Source of the DNA: Vicugna vicugna
Taxonomy: Eukaryota
DNA: 60,000 bases
Assembly (NCBI GenBank): GCA_013265495.1
Contig: MU057781.1
Location: 1,180,001-1,240,000 of the forward strand
Direction: 5' to 3'
Each line of letters begins with the position of its first letter. The first letter of the stretch is position 1. The notes below the pieces were generated by a model, which did no database searches, had not been told where the DNA came from, and saw nothing but the letters and a program-made list of their open reading frames with translations. Below, piece after piece: positions 49,990 through 60,000 of this stretch. Position numbers and translations under genes: made by a program.

Positions 49990-51160
49990 AATTTCTCTAC
50001 TGCCTTCTGTTCTCTGCCTCGCTGATTTCTGCTGTGGTCTTTACTGTCTACTGTCTTCTGCTACTTAGGACTTAATTTGCTTCCTTCTCAAGTGTCTAAA
50101 GGTGAAACCGAGCTCACTGGTTTGAGACGCTTTTCTTGTCTGATCAGCATTTCCTGGCAAGCGTGCATCCAGGTCCAGTGCAGTGGCATTGCACAAAGTT
50201 TGACATATTGGCTTTAACTTTCATTCAGTTCCAAGAATTTCCTGATTTTATTCCTGATTTCTTCTTTGACCCGTAGGTTTCAGAAGTGTGCTATACAGCG
50301 TCCAAATGCTCGCATGGTTTCCACAGCTTTTCGGTTACTCACCCCGGATTTGGCTTCACCGTGACTAAAGAGCACCCTGCACGTCGCGGATTTAATGAGG
50401 TGCTGTGTGACACAGAGCTCGCAGCCTCGTGAATGTTGCGGGAGCCCTGAAAGGAGCGTGTGTCCCCGCCCGCATGGCGGCCCCGGCAGTGCCGCCCGGG
50501 CCCGGGTGGACGGCAGCGTCATGCCTTGCGTCCTTGCTGGCTTCCTGTCTGTCGCTCTGGTTTCCCAACCTTTGCCGGCTTGGCAGGGTCGCCAGCGCCG
50601 CCGCCTGGCCCTGGGCTTTTCTCTGGGGGAGTCTTCGTGCCGCTGATTCAGCCTCTTTGCAGGCTGTGTTCTGTCCAGGTGTTCCCTCTCTTCTTGGTCA
50701 GGCCCAGGGTTGTGTCGTTCTCGGGACATGTCCACTAGAGCCCAGGCGCTGTCAGCCCCGTGCGCAGCTGTCCTGGGGGTTTCCGCGCCGCCCGCTCGAC
50801 TCCCGTGAGGCTGGGGCAGCTCCGGGTCGTTCTCTTTTCTCAGCAGCTAAGTGTTTGTCGGGATCGTCGATCTCTTCAGAGCCTGTGCCTGGCTTTGCTC
50901 ATCGTCCGCGCTGCTCCCCGTCTTCTGCTCTGCCCGCCCTGCTCTGACGGTCACCTCCTCTGTCTGCTGTCCTTGGGTTAGTTTGCCCTTCTTCTTCTGG
51001 TTTCTTGAGGTGGAAGACGACACTGTGGCCCGGAGCTCTCTCCTTCCTTGACGAGTTTTCAGAGGTACGGCCTTCCATCTGAGCACTGCCTTAGCCGCTT
51101 CTCGTGAGCTCAGTGTGTTGTGTTGAGGCTCCCGTTCATCTTGCAGTGTTTTCTAGTCCA
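49990..51160 (-). mobile_element. Old L1 ORF2 antisense fragments
   Basis: cattcagttccaagaatttcctgattt...ttcttctttgaccc and gcactgccttagc motifs. Confidence 0.55.
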
Positions 51161-54100
51161 CTTTTCACCGAGAACTGGAGACTGAACTGATTCTACCGCC
51201 CACACTCAGGGTGTGGCCTGCCCTTTGGAAAACACTGCCGCCTTCACCAGCCCCACCTCAGGGCCACCTCCTACAGGAAGCCCTCCCTGATCTCTCCCCT
51301 CAGGGAGACCCACTTGTACAGCCCCATGGAATCAAGGGGCACCCGGGGCCAGGGCCGTGTGGTCACATGGTAACCCAGAGGGGAGCCGGGGGCCTGGCCC
51401 CCTGACCCAGCCCCAGACACGTGGCACCTGTGCCCTGAGTTCTCCAGCTGCTGAATAACCGTCTGTTCAGTAAAAGCACGAAGGGTCAGTGCAGACACCG
51501 CTCACAGATGCTGGCCCAGGTGGAGGGCCCGGTGCTTGTCCACCGCGTTACGGCCGCTGCGAGACGTGGTGCCCTGTTTACCACCAGACGTCGGGTGTGG
51601 GGAGACGTCGCCGGCGCTGCAGTGGTTATGAATCACCGTCCCCCGTTTCACGTAATTCTGTGTTTTCATTCAGCAAAACTACTACCCTGATTTTCTCCTG
51701 CCCGGTTCCTTTTGACCTCTTGCAGGACCCTGAGGGACAGCAAGCTCTCATGAGTGAAGCAGAACTCACCACCCTCCACGGCTCCCGGGGAGGCTGCAGG
51801 ACCCCAGCTCCCAGTGGAGAGTGAGGGGCGTGTGGGGGGTGCTGGTGCCCTCTCGGCTCCAGGGGGCCCTTTCTGCCTCTTCCAGCCCCTGGGCTGGTGG
51901 CCATCTGCCCCGTCTCTGCCTCCATCACCACGTGGCCGCCGCTCCGCGTCCCTGTCCAAATTCACCTCTGCTCGGGAGGACTTGCTGGCTGAGAGGCGCG
52001 TCGGTGACCGTCAGAGGGAGACTGACTCCCACGAGTATCTGTTGTTTTCAAAGAAAAAGGCAGAATTCTGTGTTTCTGCCGTTCGGGTGGAAACGTGTCC
52101 TCTCTTCGGCAGGGATGACGTGGCGTCTGGAGCTGCACAGGATTTAAAGAATTATTCGTTGTGGTTCTTTGTGAGTAAGTCGCTCAGGAAGCCAAGACAG
52201 CGACACTCTTCTGACAGCAGCGTGTGTTTGCTGTTCACAAAGGGGGGAAAAGGTGTCAATTAAGGAAGGAGGGCCACCTGACTGACCTTACTTTGTTCTA
52301 ATGAGGGCACCACAAGGCGTCATCGCCAGTAAACATTCTGTGAATTGACTGGCGGGGTGATCGCTACGCCGTCTGTTGGGTCAACATTCAGTTTGCTGTT
52401 AACCTGTAATTGTGAAGCATAAGGAGATGCGTGTGCACGTGTGTGAACAGGCGCGGGTGGGAAGGCTGACAAAGGGAGAGGAGACAGACACGGACGGTGT
52501 CCCCGGCACCTCCACTTGGTGTGGCCGCCCGACCAGCTTCAGCTGCTGGTATGGACGGCGGCCACATGTCCTTCTGGTGGGAGCTGCCGTCGGCGTCGGT
52601 GCCCAGGCGGCAGTGTCCGTGGGGCGGCTCCCGTCCGGGGCCCCAGCAGCCTGCGGCCGTCCTGACCCTCTGAGACGTGGGGAGTCCTGTCCACCGTGGT
52701 CCCACTCGCATTTGCAGGTGACTCTGGTGAGGGAAGGAGCCTTCATCTCCCTCTGATCTTAGACTCAGCACGTGCTGTGGACACTGACTGTCCACGAGTG
52801 GATGCCTACTCTGTCTCAACCAGCCTCTCTGGGCCTCAGTTTCCACATCAGAGTTTAGCCATGATTCATTACGCGATGACCGCCTCGTAATGAGCAGTTC
52901 TCCGGAGCTGCCCTGTTTAATTCCCACAGGGGCACAAAGCCCATGCTTCCTGGGGCGTGCGCGCCTTCTGGTCTGTGCACACTGGAAGCTCAGAGACGTA
53001 CTTTCCTGGGGAAACGTACTGCTGTCATATTTCAAAGACATAAAAAAGCAACCAGCTTTAAAAAGAATCATGTTCTGTTGTTTCGGGTTTTGTGCTTTGT
53101 ACTGGACATGAGGGTGGGCACAGCCCTGGGGGGGGTCCCCCAGTGGAGACGGGGACAGAGGCCCTCACGCTGACAGCTTGTGCTGGACACGCAGGTGGGC
53201 ACAGCCCTGCCACCAGGCTCCTCCAGCGCCGTGTCCTGGCTCCCAGCGATGCTGCCCATTGGGAAAGGACCCGCAGCGCAGGCTCGGGGGGAGGGTGTCG
53301 GCCAGTGGGGAGGGGTCCTGGTGCCTGACCCCTGGGCCTCCTGTAAGGGGTCTTCAAGTCGGTTTTCTGTCCCAGGACCTCTGGAAAGACCTGGCCTCTG
53401 GGTCCTCATTTTCCGTATCACGAGCTATTTTTATGAACATGTACATAGAAGGGCTGTCAAAATTCTAGATTTTCCCAGGAATGGAAAAGACCCCCAAAGC
53501 CTGGGAGCAGCTGGACGCCATACAAAAGACGGTGAAAACTCATTATTCAGAGACCGTCGTTCAGGACTGTTGGTTGGCCTCCTGGCTGAGTTCTGCTCGC
53601 TAGATGAAGTCACTTTCTTTCCGTGTAGATAAAACCTGAACAACACCCACCACGTTGGCTGTCGTCACGTGGACCGGAAAGTCAGGATCCGGGCCCAAGG
53701 CTCCTGGTCAGCGTTCTCTCCACTCTCCACCCCTGCTCGGAGCCCACCTGGGCTGACGGGCCAGCTGGGAGGGGTCCCTGGGCAGTGGAGGGGACAAGCC
53801 AGCACGGGCCGGCTTCCACCCTTGGGGAGAGTCAACGCCGCTGCCCTGAGCCCGGGCAGTGCTTGGGGCCACTGCCCCTGCCTCCACCCTGGGGCCTGGT
53901 CCTGCCTGTGCGTCTGCGGGAGCAGAGCCGAGAGCCCTGCTTCTGTCCCTCGGGGCGACCGCTTCTCCAGGCGTGCGCTGCCAGCCAGGCTTCCTGCTCC
54001 CCGTGCCCCTGGTGAGCCGCCCCAGCCTGTCTCTGTTTCTCTCTGCTTTTCTCAGCAAGGCCCCAGTCCCTCCAGGCTAGGCCTGCCTGCCCCGCGTCCA

Positions 54101-54967
54101 AGCCTGGCCCCCGGGGCCCCCAGGCCACCGGCCTCCGTGTGGCAGACGCGCTGATGCTGCTGGGCCCGTCCGATCTGTAAGCAAAGCTGTCAGAGCCCGC
54201 TCTGCCCTGCGATTTCTGTCCCTTTGTGTTTTAACTCCCTGATTTTAGATGGGATTTCACCCTCAGTTTTCCTTGGAAACCCTAGCCCTTGTCCTTCCTG
54301 CTCTGAGTATTGCTGGCTGAGCTGTGGCCTTCCACGGACGCTGTCACAGCTCTCTCGTCAGCGCCAGCCCCTCCCCACCAGCTGGACCCTGCTCAGCCGA
54401 GATGTTCCCCCACAGCTGGGCCAGCCGGCCAGCTCCGACCTCCAGCTGGCATCCCTGCAGGTGAGGCTGGTGGCGCAGGGGCAGGCGCCGGGGGGGCTCC
54501 GTGTTGAGGGTGGTCCCTCGCAGGTCTGGCTGGGGACAACGGGCAGCGAGGCAGTGGACACTGTTAGTTTCAGGAACTCTCGGAGGTGGCCCCTTGGGAC
54601 TGTCCGTGCACAGACTGCGGAGGTGACTGCACCTCTGTTTGCACAGCTGGCCTCTGCAGTCGTGCCTGACATGCTCCCGCTGGTTTTGAAAACGTGTGAG
54701 AGGGAGACGTCGGGCGCAGGCCCGCTCAGACGCGGCGGGCAGGTGGTGTTTTCCTCGCCGCCCTGGTTCCCAGGACGTCAGCGGCAGCTGGTCCAGTGGA
54801 CGGTGGCGGACGCGGCAGGTCCCAAAGAAAGTGAGCCTCGGCCTGCGACCCGGAGGCCCGGTTGCCGCGGGCCCCGCCTGGGGGCTGCTGTGCTTCTGAC
54901 AGGTTGTGCACAACTTAGTTTTGGGCTGATTGAGTGTGTTCCAAACACAGCTCACGAAGAGCTCTCC

Positions 54968-55096
54968 GTTTATTTGTTCTGGGGGGTAATTAGGTTTCTT
55001 TACATATTTTTGAATTAGTTTTTTATTTTATTTTCCAGCGGAGGTACTGGGGTTGAATCTAGAGCATACACTCTACTGCTGAGCTCCGCCCTCCCC
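54968..55096 (-). mobile_element. Camelid tRNA-derived SINE (Vic-1-like), internally deleted
   Basis: Shares ggggggtaattaggttt...ggaggtactgggg...tgagctcc with the copy at 12 kb. Confidence 0.75.
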
Positions 55097-55619
55097 GGGA
55101 GCACTCCACCTAAAAGGAGTTTCCTGGTCTTCAACACAGGAGATGCAGCCAGCTCCGTTCAGTTTTCCTTAACACCCAGAACAGGTTTCTGTAAGTGACT
55201 GACCGACTCAGCCGCTCCGGGTCTAAAGGAGCCGGTGGCCTCAGGCAGGCTGCTTCCTTCCACACGTTGATCTGGTCCAGAAACGCTTGTGGGGTGCATT
55301 CTCTCCGAACGCATCCTATTGCCCCAATCCCAGTGCCATTTCAGACATGGACTTTTCCAGAAAGCACTTTGGCCCCAGGACATGAAGAAGTCATCTGTCT
55401 GGGGCCAGGCGCCAGGAATGGGTGAACAGGTGCACACGCGGGCACACAGGTGTTACCTGTGCATGCTCCCGTGCACACAGGGTGCACACGCTGACACCTC
55501 AGCACCCCCGCACACGTACACAGACACACAGGTGAATGCACACAGGTGTGTGCACATTGGCACACCCACACGTGCACACAAGACACACGCTTGCACACCT
55601 ATGTACACACAAACGTGGG

Positions 55620-56315
55620 TGCCCCCACCAATCCCGGCAACTCCTAATCTCGTCTCCATTTCAGTAATTTTCCATTTCAGGGGTGTTATTGGAACGGAAT
55701 CTGGCCACCTTTGAGGACTGGCTTTTCCACGGAGCATGAGTTCCTGGAGGCGGCCCCGCTGTCCCCGCCTCTCCACGGCTAAGCCGCCGTCCACGGTCTG
55801 CGTGTGTCTCAGCTGGCTCACTTGCGGAAGAGCATCTGGGCTGTTCCGCATCTCGGCCGTTATAAATAAACCTGTTGTAAACATTCGTGCACAGGTTTTG
55901 GTGGGGAAAAAAATTCATTTCTCTGGGATAAGTGCCCAGGAGTGCAATTACTGGGTCGTATAGTAATTGCACCTTTAGTTTTCCTAAAAAAAGAAAAAAA
56001 AAAGAAAAACAGCCAAATTGCTCTCCAGCGGGCCCTACTCTTTTACCTTCCCACAAGCCATGTTTGAGGGATCCCGTTTCTTCACCTCCTGCCAGAATTT
56101 GGGATATTTTATTGGAGCCATTCTAGAAAATGAGTAGTGATGTCTCACGGTGGTTTTAATTTGCATTTTTCTGATGGCTAACGACGTTGAACATCTTCTC
56201 ATGTACTAAGCTGCCATCTGCAACTCCTTTGGTAAAATGCCCTTTGTCGCTTTTGCTTATTGTGTAATTGGACTGTTTGTTCTATTTTCTCTCTCCTTCC
56301 TTCCTTCCTTCCTTC

Positions 56316-56374
<59 letters not shown>

Positions 56375-59300
56375 TTTTTTTTTTTCTTTTTTTCTTCCNN
56401 NNNNNNNNNNNNNNNNNNNNNNNNNNNNNNNNNNNNNNNNNNNNNNNNNNNNNNNNNNNNNNNNNNNNNNNNNNNNNNNNNNNNNNNNNNNNNNNNNNNT
56501 CCTTTCTTCCTTCCTTCCTTCCTTCCTTCCTTCCTTCCTTCCTTCCTTCCTTCCTTTCTCTCTTTCTCTCTTTCTCTCTTTCACTGTTGAGTGTTGGGAG
56601 TTCTTTATATGTTCTGGACACGAGTCCTTTGTCAGGTATGCGGTTTGTAAACATTTCCTCCCCGTTTATAGCTTGTCTTTTCATCCTCTTCCCCAGGGCA
56701 TCTCTCAGACCAAATGTTTCTGTTTTGATGAAGGCCAGACGCTCAGTTTATCCGTTTACGATTTGTGCCTTGGACGCCAAGTCCAAGAACTCTGCTCAGA
56801 CCCAGGTATTGGAGATGCCAGGGGTTTTCGCCTATGAGTTTTGAAAAGTTTACTATTTTATCTTGCACATCGAAGTCCATGGACCATATTCATACAAGGT
56901 GTGAGATTTCTGTAGAGGTTCGTTTTTTTTCTGTGGGTGTCCGCTTACCCAGCACCGTCTGCTGAAGGGGCTGTATTTCCTTGTCAAAGTCGGCCGAGCA
57001 CGTCCCTGTGGGTCTGTTTCTGGGCTCTCGGTCCCACCCTGTGTCTGTCCGTCCACCGGAACCCCGCAGTTTTGATTGTTGTTGCTTCCTGGTAAGTCTT
57101 GACGCTGGACAGACAGATCCTGCCGCTTTTTCTTTTTGCTTTTCCATGTAGACTTTGGAGCAGTATTGCCTGTATCTGTAGAAAAGTCACTGGGATTTGG
57201 TGGGAGTCGCCTGAAGCCTGTGGATCAATTTGGAGAGAACTGATAATTTAATTTCATCATTCTTGCATCACCGTTTGGCAGTTTTACACTAATGTTCTGC
57301 ATGTTCTGGTAGACGTGTTGCAAGTAAGTCTCTTGTCCTTCCTTCCTTCCTTTCTTCTTTTGTGATTTAAATGCCATCATATCTTTAGTTTTGTTTTCCA
57401 CGTTGATTGCTAGTATGTGGAAGCAGGACTGATTTTTGTTGATCCTGTGCTCTGAAACCTTGCTGTCAGTTCTGGGAATTCTGCTTTTGCTCTTGTGTTG
57501 TTCTGTGTTGTCTGCAGGCATTGGGACTTTCTACACGGACAGTCGTGTCGTCTGCAAACGGGGACAGTTTTGCTTCCTCCCTTCTGGCCTGTATGCCGTG
57601 TAATTCATTTTCTTGCCTTATGCCATTGGCAGAACTTCCAGCTCTGTGTTGAGTGAGGGTTTTGAGAGTGGACATTCTCGCTTTGTGCCTTGTTTTAGGG
57701 GAAAGCATTCAGCCTTTCATCGTTAAAGATAAAGTTAGTGTAGGTTCTTTTTAGATGTTCTTTACTGAGTTGAGAATTTTCCTTTATTCCTGTGTTTCTG
57801 AGAATTTTGAATGTGTGCTGACTTTTTCAAATGCTTTTTCTGCATCGGTCAATGTGAACACATGGTTTTTCTTCTTCAGCCTGTTTCATTGTAGGTTACG
57901 CTGACAGATTTTCAAAAATTGAACCAGCTTTTCATCCCTGGAATGAACCCTACTTTCATGCTGTGCAGCTCTTTTCATGTATTGCTGGATTCTAACCTAC
58001 TAGTACCTTGTTAAGGATTTGGGGTCTATATTCATGAGGAATAATGGTCTGTATTTCCCTCTTTTTGCACTGTCTTTGTCTGGCTTTGGTGTCAGGGCAA
58101 CGCTAGCTTTGCAGACCGAATTAAGGGGTCTTCCCGCCTCTTGCTTTCTGTATGTGTGTATGTCTTATATCCTGTATAGAACTGGTATTAATTCTTCTTT
58201 ACATGTTGAGTGGAATCATCTCCAGGGAAATCATCTGGGCCTGGAGGTTTATTCTGGGAGTCTTTTAATCATGAGTTCAACTTTCTGCTTGGTTAGAGGG
58301 CTACTCGAATTATTTATTCATACTGAGTGTGCTGTGGCAGTTTATGTTTTCTGAAACGTTGGTCCATTTCACCCAAGTTGTAACATGCGTGTGGGGGTCG
58401 TTTGCAGCCCCCCCTTATGCCTTCCGCTCTGGAGCGTTAGTCCCTGCTTTGCTCCTGACATCAGTTGTTTGAACTTTCTCTTTATTTGTCATTCTTAATA
58501 GAGGTGTCACCTTTATCTCTTCCAAGGTCCGTCTTTCTGCTCCACTGATTTACTCCACTTGACTGTCTCCAGTTTCGTTGCTTTCTGTCCTCGCCTGTGT
58601 TAGTTTCATATTGTTCCTCCTTTTCTAAGTTCTTGTTGTGAGATCTCAGATTATTGATCAGACATGGACTCTGTTGCGACAGGTGCATTTAGTGCTGTAG
58701 ACACACCTCTTGGCCCTGCCTTGGCTGCATCCCACAAGTTCTGATGTGCTCTATTTTTATTTTGATTCTGTTCCACAGACTTCTTCATTCCCCTTGACAC
58801 TTCCTCCTTGACTCCTGGGTCGCTGAGAGGTATGTGGCTTGTTTTCCATGCTTGTACAGTTTCCCCTGTTATCTGTTTGTTATTGATTCCCGGTTTGAGC
58901 CCATTGTGCTTGGAGAATGCACTCTGCATGATTTCAGTTCTTTTAAGTTCTTGGAGCTTTGCTTTGCCACCTGGGACATGGCCTGTGTTGGTGCATGTCC
59001 CACGGGCACTTGAAAGAACTCCGCTACTGTTGGGTGGAGGTTCTTCAAGTGTCGGCTAACCCCTGCCAGTTGACGGTGTTGCTATGTTCTCCTATAGCCT
59101 GGCTGACGTTTGACGTGTCAGCACAGACAGGCAGGCGGAGCGCTGAGTCCCTGACTGGAGCTGCGGCTTGTCTGTTTCTCCTTTAAATTCCGTCCGCTTG
59201 GATTCACTAATTTGCAGCTCTGCTGTTTGGTGCATCACATTCAAGGCTGCTGCATCCTCTTGGTGGGCTGACCCTTTATATGTATAATGCCCCCGGCCTC

Positions 59301-59520
59301 TCTGTCTGCAGTTTCTTCTCCCTGAAGAAAGTGGAGCCCACCTACCAGTGTTGATACAGCCACTTCTACTTCTTTTGATTAATGTGTGCATGATGCATCT
59401 TTTTTCATTCTTTTACCTTCAATTTGCCCATATATGGTATTTGAAGTGAGCTTCTGGGAGACAATGTTTCTAATCTAGTCTGCCAATCTCCATCTTCTAA
59501 TTGGTGTAGCTAGACTATTC
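55620..59520 (-). mobile_element. Long old L1 (3' UTR to ORF2 endonuclease region)
   Basis: Minus-strand ORFs give L1 ORF2 remnants (KRQAINGEEMFTNRIPDKGLVSRTYKEL; EAKLSPFADDTTVRVESP; AHQNLWDAAKA; SAHQEDAAALN). Confidence 0.85.
56290..56582. repeat. (TTCC)n/(TTTC)n polypyrimidine microsatellite containing a 101-N gap
   Basis: Seen directly in the sequence. Confidence 0.95.
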
Positions 59521-59524
59521 ATAT

Positions 59525-60000
59525 TTTTATATATTTTTCATAATTCCTATACCATAAATTCACCTCTTAAAGTGTACAATTTAGTGGTTTTTAGTCTATT
59601 CACAAAGTTTGTAACAATCACCACTATCTAATTTCAGACATTTTTATCTTCCCAAAAGAAAGCCCCAGTAGCAGTAACTCCCCATTCCTCCTGTTCCCCT
59701 GAAAACCACTAACCTACTTTCTGTCTCTGTGGATATGTCTAGATTAAGCATTTCATGTGAATGGAACAATATAATTGTGCTTTTTGCAGCTGGCACTTTT
59801 CACTTCGCATAATGTTTTCAAGGCTAACTAGTGTTTTAGCCAGTAATGAGCCAGTAATTCATTCCTTTTAATGGCTGAGTAATGTTCCATCATAAAAATA
59901 TACCACAACTTCTTTATCCAGTCCTCTGTAGACGGACATTTCAGTTGTTTCCATGTCTTGGCTATTGTAAATAGTGCTGCTATGAACATTGGAGTACATG
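59525..60000 (-). mobile_element. L1MB-like 3' end
   Basis: taattcctataccataaattcacctcttaaagtgtacaatt...ttggctattgtaaatagtgctgctatgaacatt. Confidence 0.85.

Noticed and set aside
39560..55000. Numerous 100-275 aa Pro/Gly/Arg/Ala-rich ORFs on both strands
   Set aside because: They overlap in several frames, have no recognisable domains, and are expected from stop-codon scarcity at high GC.
56199..56844. Lys/Glu/Arg-rich and Phe/Leu/Ser-rich ORFs
   Set aside because: They are translations of the (TTCC)n/(TTTC)n microsatellite and N gap within an L1.

Overview
Mammalian genomic DNA, very likely camelid (alpaca or camel), inferred from three copies of a Vic-1-like tRNA-derived SINE. It is GC-rich and has three assembly gaps (9652-10621, 20080-20092, 56399-56499). 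The left 16.6 kb holds the 5' end of CFAP46 (TTC40, a ciliary axonemal protein) on the minus strand. Nine coding exons have GT-AG boundaries and join in frame into 966 nt / 322 codons beginning [38 protein letters not shown]; the gene continues off the left edge. Its promoter is a CpG island with an RFX X-box. Intron 7 contains a ~3 kb (CA)-rich minisatellite with a 48-bp unit. The remaining ~43 kb looks intergenic: old and young L1 fragments, MaLR/ERV LTRs, MER53 and MER8-like DNA transposon relics, a 547/546-bp tandem duplication overlapping a solo LTR, and several AT-rich, motif-dense islands that may be enhancers. Almost all ORFs in the supplied track look like chance GC-rich or repeat-derived ORFs. 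I found no convincing evidence of a novel multi-gene system. The best leads are structural: the intronic UG/CA array, the asymmetric duplication, and a possible ORF1-only chimeric L1 derivative.
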